From contig CAVWLW010000069.1 of the NCBI GenBank assembly GCA_963755715.1, positions 96,001 to 160,000 of the forward strand: DNA of 64,000 bases, given 5' to 3'. A program made the position numbers and the translations under genes. This document shows positions 30,291 through 41,416 of this stretch, piece after piece. Below the pieces are notes generated by a model that did not search any database, had not been told where the DNA came from, and was given only the letters and a program-made list of their open reading frames with translations. The stretch comes from an uncultured delta proteobacterium (lineage in GTDB: Bacteria; Desulfobacterota; Binatia; UBA9968). Numbering within the stretch: the first letter of the stretch is position 1; every line of letters begins with the position of its first letter.

Positions 30291-32294
30291 TCACATGAAG
30301 TAGTCGAAGTCCTGCTCGCGCCGCACGCGCCGGCGCAGCCGCAAGATGTGGGCCGGCGCCATATTCGGATCGAGCGCGACGTAATTTTTTTCGCCATGCC
30401 AAAGAAAGCGCGCGCCGCTCAAAAGATCGTGCGCCTGATACGAGGCATCGAGCCGCAGCGCTTCCACCGGGATTTTGACCCACCCCGACTGCACATGGTG
30501 CGGATCCAGATTCACCACGACGGCGACCACGTTGCCGAGATCCTCCGTCTGCTTTGTGTAGCAGATGATCTGCTCGTTATCGACCTCGTGGAACTGTAGG
30601 CTCCAATCGCTCTGCAGCGCGGGATTCTCCCTGCGAATCCCGTTGATCCGCGCGATAAATTCTTTCAGACTGTCCGCACTTTCCCGGTCCCAATGTTTAA
30701 TCTCATATTTTTCCGAATTGAAATACTCTTCGCTGCCGGGCTCGCGTGGCCGGGCTTCGAGCAGCTCGAACGCCGGTCCGTAAATCCCGTAGCTGGCTCC
30801 CAGTGTCGCCGCCAGAACCAGGCGGATCATGAAGGCTGGGCGGCCGCCGAATTGCAAATACTCGGTCAAAATATCCGGCGTGTTCGGCCACAGGTTGGGG
30901 CGAAAGTACTCGCGCACTTCGGTTTGCGTGAGCTCCTGAAAATACTGCGTGATCTCGGGCTTGGTGTTGCGCCAGGCAAAGTAGCTATAGGATTGGCTGA
31001 AGCCGAGCTTGGCCAGCCGGTACATCACCTTGGGACGGGTGAACGCTTCGGCAAGGAAGATCACCTCCGGGTGATCTCTTTTCATTTCGCCGATCAGCCA
31101 CTCCCAAAACGGCAGCGGCTTGGTGTGCGGGTTATCGACCCGAAAAATGCGGATTCCCTGTTCGTGCCAAAATTCAACGACACTTTTTAGTTCCTGCCAG
31201 AGCTCACGCCATTGATCCGAGGTGAAATCCAGGGGGTAGATATCTTGATATTTTTTCGGCGGGTTTTCGGCGTACTGAACGGTACCATCCGGACGCCAGC
31301 GAAACCACTGTGGATGTTCTTTGACATAGGGATGATCGGGGCTGCACTGATAGGCCAGATCCAAAGCGACTTCGAGGCCAAGAGTCTCGGCTTTTCGGAC
31401 GAATCTTTTGAAATCTTCGAGAGTCCCGAGACGCGGATGAACGGACTTGTGGCCACCCTCGTCAGAACCGATCGCCCAGGGGCTGCCCGGGTCATTTGCC
31501 GTGGCCGTCACCGAATTGTTTTTCCCCTTGCGGTGGGTGTACCCGATCGGATGAATCGGCGGCAGATACAGAATGTCAAAGCCCATCGAGGCGACATAGG
31601 AAAGCAGCCGTTCGCCGTCCTTAAAGGTCCCGTGCGCGCCGGACTCGGCCGCGCACGACCGCGGAAACATCTCATACCAAGCGCCGCAGCGCGCTTTCTC
31701 GCGGTCGACCACCACGGCGAGTTCCTTGGAATATCGGGTTTCGGCGTTTCGATCGGGATAGCGTCCGACCAATCCCAGCAAATCATCGCTGATCGCCGTG
31801 GCGAGCTTGTCTGATAAAGTTTGGTCGTTGGCGCGCAGGCTTTTTGCCTCCTGCGCGAGTTTTTTTTGATCGGCGGCGGCAGCTCGCTTTGCCGCTTCTT
31901 CGATCCACAGAGCACCGGTCAGAAAGTCCAATTCCGTGTGCGCGCCGACCTCGGCTTTCTTCTGCAAATCGCGTCGCCAGGACTTAAACTGATCGACCCA
32001 TGCGGCAAGCGTATAAACGTAACGGCCGATCTCGGCAGCGACAAACACGCCGCGCCAACGATCGTTCACGAGCAATTTCATCGGCGCTTCGCGCCAATTT
32101 TTTTCCTCTTCGCGCCGGAACAGCAGGCTGCAGGAAATGACCTCGTGGCCGTCGGCGAACATGTCGGCTTCTACCGTCACTGACTCGCCGCAGGTACGCT
32201 TGACCGGAAACAGACCGGCGTCAATTTCCGGCGTGACGTTTTCGATGACAACCCGGCTTCTGCCGTCCCGCGCTGGGTTAAACGATGGCTGCAT
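30291..32294 (-). CDS. glgE: Alpha-1,4-glucan:maltose-1-phosphate maltosyltransferase
   Basis: WYEMFPRS, PPIHPIG, ENPPKKYQDIYP, FRVDNPHTKP, EAFTRP and NTPDIL motifs. Confidence 0.95.
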   Translation of the reverse strand: MQPSFNPARDGRSRVVIENVTPEIDAGLFPVKRTCGESVTVEADMFADGHEVISCSLLFRREEEKNWREAPMKLLVNDRWRGVFVAAEIGRYVYTLAAWVDQFKSWRRDLQKKAEVGAHTELDFLTGALWIEEAAKRAAAADQKKLAQEAKSLRANDQTLSDKLATAISDDLLGLVGRYPDRNAETRYSKELAVVVDREKARCGAWYEMFPRSCAAESGAHGTFKDGERLLSYVASMGFDILYLPPIHPIGYTHRKGKNNSVTATANDPGSPWAIGSDEGGHKSVHPRLGTLEDFKRFVRKAETLGLEVALDLAYQCSPDHPYVKEHPQWFRWRPDGTVQYAENPPKKYQDIYPLDFTSDQWRELWQELKSVVEFWHEQGIRIFRVDNPHTKPLPFWEWLIGEMKRDHPEVIFLAEAFTRPKVMYRLAKLGFSQSYSYFAWRNTKPEITQYFQELTQTEVREYFRPNLWPNTPDILTEYLQFGGRPAFMIRLVLAATLGASYGIYGPAFELLEARPREPGSEEYFNSEKYEIKHWDRESADSLKEFIARINGIRRENPALQSDWSLQFHEVDNEQIICYTKQTEDLGNVVAVVVNLDPHHVQSGWVKIPVEALRLDASYQAHDLLSGARFLWHGEKNYVALDPNMAPAHILRLRRRVRREQDFDYFM

Positions 32295-35139
32295 GCAAGC
32301 TTTCCCCAATGAGCTGTGATTCCGCCAAAGCGTCTTCGTGATAAAGCAACGCCACCGGAAAATTGTTGAATACGCCGCGCAGAAGCAGATTTTTCGTTGG
32401 CGCTGTGTCCGACGCTTCCAAACGTTCGCCGCTGATGATGTCGAGCCACCGGCCTGGCATATCGTCGCGAAGGCTGAGCGCGGTCGAATTCCAAACCCCG
32501 GCTCCCAGCGGCGGTGTTCCGTGATAGACCGTATTGCCAACCAAGCACGGCACGACCGCCAGCGCCCAGGTTTGACCTTTGCGTCGGGCGAACGCACAAA
32601 CCGCTTGCCTCGACTCCCCTGTGGCCTCGAGCGGAAGATACTCGCCGTCAGTAAACAGCTCCTGGTGCGCCCGGCGAAAGTCTAGCAGCTTGTGAATCAG
32701 ATAGAGTTTGATCCGGCCATCCTCCCAGCGCGACATTAGATCGCGCAGCAAGCCCGGGCGGTCTTTCACTTCTGCGCCTTTGAGCTCTTCGAGTAAGTGG
32801 CGCCGCTCGGCGTAATCCACCGGCCGGCGGTTGTCCGGGTCGACAAAGCTTAAATCCCAAAGCTCGGTTCCCTGATAAATGTCCGGCACTCCCGGCGAAG
32901 CTATTTTGAGGAGCGTCTGCGACAGCGAATTAAACATGCCGCAATAGGCGATCCTCTTTGCAAAGGGAAGAAATTCTTCCGTGAAGCGATTGCTTGCGGC
33001 CGGCGCGAGGATCTGCCGGGCAAAATCGACAAAGGCTTGTTCATAAGCGCCGTCCGGTTTGAGCCATTCAGTATGGACTTTGGCTTCTCTGACGGCTTTG
33101 ATCAAGTAGCTGGTAAGTCTTTCTAGAAATTGCCCATCCTGGTCTTGATGGAGCGGGTAGGAACCGATCAGAGTTTGATAGAGAAAGTATTCGTCATTGC
33201 GGTCCGGCGCTTCCGCGCCCCTGAGCTTGGTCTTTTTCGCCCGGTTGGTTCTGCTCCATGTTCTCAAATTCTTTTCCCATTCGGCGGGCAATTCCGAGAG
33301 CACGTTGATGCGCGCGCGCGCATCCTCGCCGCGCTTGGTGTCATGGGTGGCCGTGGCGTTCATGGCGTGCGGCCAGCGCGCCAAACGCCGCAGGTTGAAA
33401 TCGTGAAACTCTTCGACCGATGCGCCGAACCGATCCGGCGCGCCGCCCACTTCGTTCAGCGACAGCAAACGATTATAAACATACAAGGCGGTATCTTCCG
33501 AGCCTTTGGCCATCAGCGGCCCGGTCAGTTGCTGGAAGCGCATGACAAAGTCCGTCCAGCGGTTTCTCTCTTCGTCGGTGGCGTGATCGGCAAAATCGAG
33601 AAGCAGAAAACGGCCGATGTAATTCAATTCGAGAAGCAAACCGGCGTTCCCTTCCTTGGCTCGCTCGACCGCCGTCGTCAGTTGGCTTCGGTCTTGGGCG
33701 CTAAACGAGCCGGGGCTGACGTAACTTCGGTAGACTGGAAAAAATGCCAGCACCTCGACCAGCGCCCTTTTGAGTCCGTAAAGTGTCACGTCGGCAGCGT
33801 GACGGTCGCGGCTCGATACTCGTTTGAGCAGGTAAGCGAGACTCTCAATATCTCCGGCCATGTACTTGCCGATGATCAGCCGTTTTTTTTCCGTCATCAG
33901 CGCCGGCCAGGAAGTCTCAAGTCCGGTAAAGCGCTCGTAGGTTTGGCTGAACCGCCGCCGCTGTTCACCGGCGCAGAAAATGCCATTTAGGACATTCAGA
34001 TAGTCGTAACCCGTGGTTCCCTCGACGGGCCAATCCGCCGGCAGTTCTTCATCGACGCCAAGAATCTTTTCTACGGTTAGGTATAAATTGCCGGCTTCCC
34101 CCCGCAGTCTGGCGAGATAACCGAGAGGATCATACAGACCGTCGACGTGATCGACCCTGAGGCCGCTGAATTTGCCTTCCCGAACGAGCTTGAAGATCAA
34201 CGCGTGGCTATGGCGAAAGACCTTTTCATCTTCAACCCGCAGGGAAATCAATTCGTTGATATTAAAAAACCTCCGATAATCAAGTTCCTCCGCCGCGACC
34301 TTCCAAAATGACAGGCGATAATGTTGCTGCGACAACAGCCGGTCGAGCAGACTGAAACTTTCCGGATTGCCGGGGGTGCCGTTGAATCTGGCGATATTCG
34401 TGTCCAGGTGCTCTTTAATTTCCGGCGTACCCGTGTAGAGCTCCCAAAGCATTCGTTTCACGAAGAGGATCTGATCGGCTCGATCGGCGCTCTCCTGCTT
34501 CGGCGGAATATTTTTAAGCGCGTAAAGCACGCCGAGAAGCTTGATGAAATCGAGATGATGGGAGCCGAGACGTTTTCGGAGCAAGTTGAGATTCTGGGTC
34601 AACACCTCGCTGTAGGATTCGAGATTGACCGGGAGCTGCAAAGAAAAATAGCGAACGCCGAGCCCGTACCGGTCGTAATGCAGCGCGATCTCGCCCTTCT
34701 CCAGGCACTCCCCATAAAAGCCGCCGAGAAACGGCGCCAGCACTTTTCCTCGCATGCTTTCGTAGGGATGCTGCCAATCGATATCGAAAAAATCGAAGAA
34801 AGGTGAGGCTTCGCCGTTTTCGAGGACGTCCATCAACATGCGATTTTGCCCGTCATAGGCCATGTGATTGGGCACGATGTCCTGGACCCAGCCCAAGCCT
34901 TGGCGGTGCGATTGCTCGATCAACGATGCGAAGGCCTCGTCGCTGCCGAGCTCGGGATTGAGCCGGTTCGGATCGACCACGTCATAGCCGTGCCGGCTGC
35001 CCGCGCGCGCGTGAAAAATCGGCGATGCATAAATATCGCTGATGCCGAGGTCGTGCAGATACGGCAAAACCTCGCTCGCTTCGGCGAAGCCGAAGTCCGG
35101 CGTGAATTGCAGGCGATAGGTGGCCGAAGGGATCTTCAT
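32278..35139 (-). CDS. treY: Malto-oligosyltrehalose synthase
   Basis: [37 protein letters not shown] and [11 protein letters not shown] motifs. Confidence 0.95.
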   Translation of the reverse strand: MKIPSATYRLQFTPDFGFAEASEVLPYLHDLGISDIYASPIFHARAGSRHGYDVVDPNRLNPELGSDEAFASLIEQSHRQGLGWVQDIVPNHMAYDGQNRMLMDVLENGEASPFFDFFDIDWQHPYESMRGKVLAPFLGGFYGECLEKGEIALHYDRYGLGVRYFSLQLPVNLESYSEVLTQNLNLLRKRLGSHHLDFIKLLGVLYALKNIPPKQESADRADQILFVKRMLWELYTGTPEIKEHLDTNIARFNGTPGNPESFSLLDRLLSQQHYRLSFWKVAAEELDYRRFFNINELISLRVEDEKVFRHSHALIFKLVREGKFSGLRVDHVDGLYDPLGYLARLRGEAGNLYLTVEKILGVDEELPADWPVEGTTGYDYLNVLNGIFCAGEQRRRFSQTYERFTGLETSWPALMTEKKRLIIGKYMAGDIESLAYLLKRVSSRDRHAADVTLYGLKRALVEVLAFFPVYRSYVSPGSFSAQDRSQLTTAVERAKEGNAGLLLELNYIGRFLLLDFADHATDEERNRWTDFVMRFQQLTGPLMAKGSEDTALYVYNRLLSLNEVGGAPDRFGASVEEFHDFNLRRLARWPHAMNATATHDTKRGEDARARINVLSELPAEWEKNLRTWSRTNRAKKTKLRGAEAPDRNDEYFLYQTLIGSYPLHQDQDGQFLERLTSYLIKAVREAKVHTEWLKPDGAYEQAFVDFARQILAPAASNRFTEEFLPFAKRIAYCGMFNSLSQTLLKIASPGVPDIYQGTELWDLSFVDPDNRRPVDYAERRHLLEELKGAEVKDRPGLLRDLMSRWEDGRIKLYLIHKLLDFRRAHQELFTDGEYLPLEATGESRQAVCAFARRKGQTWALAVVPCLVGNTVYHGTPPLGAGVWNSTALSLRDDMPGRWLDIISGERLEASDTAPTKNLLLRGVFNNFPVALLYHEDALAESQLIGESLHAAIV

Positions 35140-37354
35140 TGCAGCGCAGCGACCGCGGCGCCGCTACTACGTCGCACGCGACGCGACGCAACCCGCGGCT
35201 CCCCATTGGTATTTTCCGCTTCGACGTATTTCGGCAAACGCAACAAAACCAGCGACCGGCCTTTTAGCTCATACGCTTCGCCGCCGCGTATCGAGCGATG
35301 GGTTGTCTTGCTTAAAGTCGACTCGCTGGTATCCAAGAGCACCTGCCAGCGGACCTTGCGCCGATGCGCCGGCAAGATGAAAGGAACGGCCTCGTGATGC
35401 GCATTTAGGAGAATCAACAAGGTATCGTCGACGATGCGATTGCCGCGATCGTCGAGCTCTTCGATCGCATCGCCGGCGAGCCGAAGCCCGAAGGAGCGGT
35501 TCTCGGGATTATTCCAATCCTCGTCGCTCATCTCCTTGCCGTCGGGGCGAAACCAAGCCAGGTCCTTGACCTCGGAGCCGCGGATGTGCCGCCCCTGAAA
35601 AAAATGGCGCCGGCGCAACACCGGGTGCTCGTGCAGCAGCCGAATCAGATAGCGGGTGAATTCGAGCAACTCGCGCCGCGGCCGGTCGAGCTTCCAATCG
35701 AGCCAAGAGATTTCGTTGTCCTGGCAATAGGCGTTGTTGTTGCCCTTTTGCGTGCGGCCGATTTCGTCGCCCGCTAAAAGCATCGGCACGCCCTGCGACA
35801 ACAATAGGGTCGCGAGAAAATTTCTCTTTTGCTGCTCGCGCAGGCCGAGAATATTCGGGTCGTCGGTGTCGCCTTCGACGCCGCAGTTCCAGCTGAGATT
35901 CTCATTGTGGCCATCGCGATTTTCTTCGCCGTTGGCCTCGTTGTGCTTTTCGTTGTAGCTAACCAAATCATGCAGAGTAAAGCCGTCATGAGCGGTTATA
36001 AAATTAATGCTCGCATAGGGCTGCCGGCCGTTGTGGCCATACAGATCGCTCGATCCGGTAAGACGAAAGCCGAGGCTCGCCGACCTGTCCGCCGTCGCCT
36101 TTCCAAAAGCGCCGCACGGTGTCGCGATAGGCCGCGTTCCATTCGGCCCATAGAACCGGAAAATTTCCCACTTGATAACCGCCCGGCCCGAGGTCCCAAG
36201 GCTCGGCGATGAGCTTTACCTGGGAGATGATCGGGTCCTGCTGGATGATGTCGAAAAAAGCGCCAAGGCGGTCGACGTCATGCAGCTCGCGCGCCAGCGT
36301 CGATGCGAGATCGAAGCGAAACCCATCGACGTGCATCTCGGCGACCCAATAGCGCAGGCTGTCCATGATCAGTTGCAGCACGCGCGGATGGGTCATGTCG
36401 AGCGTGTTGCCGCAGCCGGTATAATCCATGTAGTAGCGGCGGTCCTTCTCGACCAAACGATAATACGAAGCATTGTCGATGCCGCGGAAACAAAGCGTCG
36501 GGCCCAACTGGTTGCCTTCGCCGGTATGGTTGTAGACGACGTCGAGGATGACCTCGATCCCTTCGCGGTGCAGCGCTCGGACCATGCTCTTGAACTCGGA
36601 CACTTGCTGCCCCACGGCTCCGCTGCTGGAATAGCGCGCATCGGGGGCAAAAAAGCCGATCGAATTATAGCCCCAATAATTGGTCAAGCCGCGGTCGAGC
36701 AAATGCTTGTCCGCGATGAATTGATGCACCGGCAGCAGTTCCACCGCGGTAATGCCGAGCGCTTTGAGATAATCGATTACGGCCGGACAGGTCAAAGCCG
36801 CATAGGTGCCGCGCAAGTCGCTGGGCACGTCCGGGGTGACGCATCGTGAAACCTCTCACATGCAACTCGTAGATGATCGTCTTGTGCCAAGGCGTCGCCG
36901 GCGGCGCATCGTTTCCCCAGCTGAACGCCGGGTCGACGACGACGCTCTTGGGCATTCCCACCGCGCTGTCTTTTTCGTCGCGCGAGAGGTCTTGATCAGG
37001 ATGGCCGATCGTATAGCCGAACAGCGCGTCGCTCCACTGGACCGCGCCGGTGATCGCCTTGGCGTAAGGATCGAGCAGCAGCTTGGCCGGATTGAATCGA
37101 TGACCTTCGCGAGGCGCGTACGGCCCGTACACCCGATAACCGTAAAGCTGCCCCGGCCGTGCTTCAGGCAGGTAAAGATGCCAAATCTGGTGCGTCTGCT
37201 CGGTCATGAGAATCCGAGTCTCCGGCTGCGCTTGCGCCGCGTCGAAAAGACAAAGCTCGACCTTTGTCGCGTTCTCGGAGAACAGCGAAAAATTAACCCC
37301 CGCGCCATCCCAATTCGCGCCGAGGGGGTAAGGTTTGCCGGGCCAGATTTTCAT
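35136..37354 (-). CDS. glgX: Glycogen debranching enzyme (+1 frameshifts near 36835 and 36075)
   Basis: [35 protein letters not shown] and AHDGFTL...NNNAYCQDN across three ORF pieces. Confidence 0.9.
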
Positions 37355-37378
37355 GATGTTTTTCTAAGCCTCGCGCTC

Positions 37379-39240
37379 TTACTCCGGACCTCGTGTGGAC
37401 AGCGCACAATCGAAAACCGCAAATGAACGAGATGCAAGGGTCAGCCGGTGCTCGGTGCCGCCGTCGAACCGATCGGGTAGCGCGCCGGCGCCACGCCAAT
37501 TCGGCGCGGCGGAATCAATCAGCTTGCGCCAGCCGCCATCGGTGAACGGAAGCGCAATGGTTGCATCGTCGGCGCTCAGGTTTGCGACGAAAACGACGTG
37601 GTTCGCCGCGCTACGGCGGCGCACGAGCAACACCTTTTCGTTTTCGTAACCGACAACATCCATTGATTCTTTCGCCAAACGCGCGAGCGCGGGGTTTTTC
37701 TTTCTAAGGCGCGATCAGCTCCTTATAAAATGCCCAGAGAATCGCGTGAGCGCCGCTCGTGCGCAGCTCATGATGGAGCTTGGCGGAAAGAAAAGTCGTT
37801 TCGCTTTGCGGATCGGGAATCTCGCCTTGCCAATCAAACGACGCAAATTCGTTTTGACGGCCGCGCCGCACCGCGTCGATAAGCGCTGCGTCAGAATGGC
37901 TGATAAAATAGGGAAACGGCGCGCTCTCGGCGTATTCTTCGCCCATGAATAAAAGCGGCAGATAGGGCGACAAGAGGACAATGCCGGCCGCAAGCTTCAA
38001 GTCTTCGAATGACACCGCCGCGCTCAGGCGATCGCCGCGCATGCGGTTACCGACCTGATCGTGATTCTGCGCGAACACGACAAAACGATCGGCGCCCAGG
38101 TCGCGCGACGAGCTGCCGTGCCGGCGGCGGCGAAATTTGGAATATTCGCCCGAGTAGGCGAATCCTTCGCGGTACGCTTTAACGAATTGGTTGAAATCGC
38201 CGTAGTCTCGGTAATAACCGCTGCGCTCGCCGGTGAGCAGCGTGCGCAGGCAATGATGGAAATCATCGTTCCACTGCGCGTCCAAGCCGTAGCCGCCGCG
38301 ATCCGGCGCGCGCACGAGGCGCCGATCGTTGTCGGCGCTTTCGGCGATAAGAAAAATTTCGCGGTTTAGCCGATTTGCCGCTCGATGAACCTCATCGGCC
38401 AGTTCTTCGAGAAAAGTAATGGGCGAATGGTCGAGAATCGCATGCACCGCGTCGAGCCTGAGCGCATCGATATGGCAATCAACGACCCAATAAAGCGCGT
38501 TTTGAATAAAATAATTGCGCACCTCGTCGCTCCACGGACCATCGAAATTGAGCGCCGGATCCCCACGGCGTCTGGTACCGGTCGGTGAAATATGGGCCAA
38601 ACTCGCGAAAATAATTTCCTTCCGGGCCGAGATGATTGTAAACGACGTCCAAAATCACCGCGAAGCCGCGTCGGTGGCAGGCGTCGACGAGCATTTTCAA
38701 ATCTGCCGGGCCGCCGTAGGAATTTTGCGCGGCAAATGGATAAACGCCGTCGTAACCCCAGTTCCTCGCGCCGGGGAATTGCGCGATCGGCATAAGCTCG
38801 ATCGCGGTGACGCCGAGCTCGGAGAAATAATCGAGATAGGAGGTGAGCGCGGCGAACGTTCCCGCCGCGGTGAAACTGCCGACGTGAAGCTCGTAGATGA
38901 TGTAATCTTTAAGCGCGATGCCGCGCCAGTCCTGATCGGCCCAGGCAAACTCGGGATTCACGATTGCCGACGGGCCATGCACTCCTTGCGGTTGCAGACG
39001 CGAAGCCGGATCGGCTCGCTGGTTGCCGTCTTCGAGCTGAAAAAAATAAAGATCGCCGGGCTGCGCGTCCTGAACGATCGCTTCATGATAGCCGCAGCGT
39101 GTCCGCTCCATTGAAATGAGCCGGTCGTTTTTGAGCAGGCGCACGCCAACCCGCTCGTGCTCGGGTGCCCAAACCCGAAATCGGCACGTGCGCTCTCCCA
39201 AATAGACCGCGCCGATGGTTTCTCCCGGCTTTTTCGTCAC
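37379..39240 (-). CDS. treZ: Malto-oligosyltrehalose trehalohydrolase (+1 frameshifts near 38557 and 37708)
   Basis: FRVWAP, NWGYDGV, DVVYNHLGPEGN, RLDAVHAI and QNHDQVGNR across three ORF pieces. Confidence 0.9.
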
Positions 39241-39278
39241 CGTTTCTCCGATCGATGTTGCGCCGCCGGAAAGTCCAC

Positions 39279-41233
39279 CTAGCGGCCCGCTTCACTGACG
39301 AAAAATAACGTCGACAGCGGCGGCAAGGTCAGCAATAGTGAAAAGTGCCTGCCGTGCGCCGGCACCGGAGCGGCCTCGACTTCGCCCATGTTTCCCATGC
39401 CACTGCCGCCGTAGTCTTTGGCATCGCTGTTCAGCAACTCGCGCCAAAGCCCGCCGCGCGGCACGCCGACCTGATAATTCAACCGTGGCACCGGTGTAAA
39501 ATTGCAAATGACTAAAACGGTGCGGTCATCGCCTCGTGCTTTGCGCAGCAGACTTACCACGCTCGATTCGGCGTCACGACAGTCGATCCATTCAAATCCC
39601 GCCGGATCGCAGTCGAGTTCGTGCAGCGACGGCTCGCTTCGGTAACTGCGATTCAGATCGCCGATCCATTTCTGTATGCCGGCGTGCTCCGGTTTCTCGA
39701 GTAAATGCCAGTCAAGGCTTTGATCGTGTTGCCATTCACGCCACTGGCCGATCTCAGCCGCCCATGAACAGCAGTTTCTTTCCCGGTTGGGCATACATGT
39801 AACCGACCAACGCGCGCAGATTGGCGAAGCGCTGCCAGTCGTCGCCCGGCATTTTACCCAACAAGGACCCCTTTCCATAAACGACTTCGTCATGGGAGAG
39901 CGGCATGATGAAGTTTTCGTGAAAAGCGTAGATCATTCTAAAAGTGAGCTTGTCCTGGTGATATTTGCGATAAATCGAATCCGTGGAGAAGTATTCGAGC
40001 GTATCGTGCATCCAGCCCATGTCCCACTTGAGGCCGAATCCCAAGCCGCCGGCATAGACGGGCCGCGAAACCATCGGCCAAGCCGTGGATTCCTCGGCAA
40101 TGGTCTGCACGTCGGGATAGATCTCGTAAATCGCGCCGTTCAACTGCTTGATAAATTCGATGGCGTCGAGGTTCTCTCTGCCGCCGTAGCGGTTCGGGTA
40201 TCCATTCGCCGTCTCGCCGCGCGTAATCCAAGTAAAGCATCGACGCCACCGCATCGACGCGCAAGCCATCGGCATGATATTTATCGAGCCAGAAAAGCGC
40301 GTTGCTGATAAGAAAGCTGCGCACCTCGTGGCGGCCGTAATTAAAAATGTAGCTGTTCCATTCCGGGTGATAGCCCTGGCGCGGATCGGCGTGCTCGAAG
40401 AGATGGGTGCCGTCAAAGTACGCCAAGCCATGCTCGTCCGAAGGAAAATGCGACGGCACCCAATCGAGAATGACGCCGATACCGTTTTGATGCAGCGTGT
40501 CGATCAGAAACATCAGATCCTGCGGCGTGCCATAGTTACCCGAAGGCGCAAAGTAACCGGTGATCTGATAGCCCCATGAGCCGAAAAACGGATGATCCAT
40601 CAACGGCAAAAACTCCACGTGAGTAAATCCCGTCTGATGGATATAATCGGCCAGGAGCGGCGCCAACTCTCGATAAGAGAGCGAGCGGTTGCCCTCTGCG
40701 TGCCGGCGCCATGAACCCAGGTGCACTTCGTAGATCGAAATCGGTTTGTTGACCTTGATATTTTGGCCGCGCTCGGCGAGCCATTGGCCGTCGCCCCAGG
40801 AATAATCGAGATCCCAAACGATCGAGGCTTTCTTCGGCGGAATTTCGTTGAAAAGAGAAAATGGATCGGCTTTTTCCACGCGGTAATCCAGGAAACGCGA
40901 ATGAATGAGATACTTGTACAAAGCGCCGCGTTCCACGCCGGGGATAAAGCCTTCCCAGACGCCCGAGTTTCCTCGGGCGCGCAGTGGATGACTTTCTCTG
41001 TTCCATTGATTGAAGCTGCCGATCACGGCAACCCGATTCGCGTTCGGCGCCCAGACCGCGAAATAAGTGCCCTCTTCGCCGCCGACGCGCATCCGATGCG
41101 CACCCAGTTTTTCGTAGAGCCGGCGGTGACTGCCCTCGTTGAAAAGATAAAAATCCTGGTCGCCCAGGAGGGTAGCCGGCGGCAAACCTTTGTCTTGCCT
41201 GCCATGCTGGGACTGAATGGTTTCCTGGCTCAT
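39279..41233 (-). CDS. glgB: 1,4-alpha-glucan branching enzyme (+1 frameshifts near 40197 and 39758)
   Basis: [36 protein letters not shown] and LSHDEVV across three ORF pieces. Confidence 0.9.
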
Positions 41234-41343
41234 GATCGTTTCACACCCTGGAAAAGCCGATGCGTGCTTATAATTAAGCTAAAATAAATTAACCCAAATA
41301 ATAAGTGGCGGTAGTGATTCAATTTGAATTCGACATCACCTCA

Positions 41344-41404
41344 TGTAGGGGCGGACCTGTGTGTCTGCCCTTGGGATGGGCGACCACACAGGGTCGCCCC
41401 TACA
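41344..41404. repeat. REPIN-like element: two inverted GTAG-REP palindromes
   Basis: TGTAGGGGCGGACCTGTGTGTCTGCCC...GGGCGACCACACAGGGTCGCCCCTACA with terminal inverted repeat TGTAGGGGCG/CGCCCCTACA. Confidence 0.85.
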
Positions 41405-41416
41405 AAATTTTTCCAG

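Noticed and set aside
39754-39760. TGA after LFMGG in glgB as possible selenocysteine, given selC nearby
   Set aside because: Homology continues in a different frame, so this is a frameshift and not read-through.
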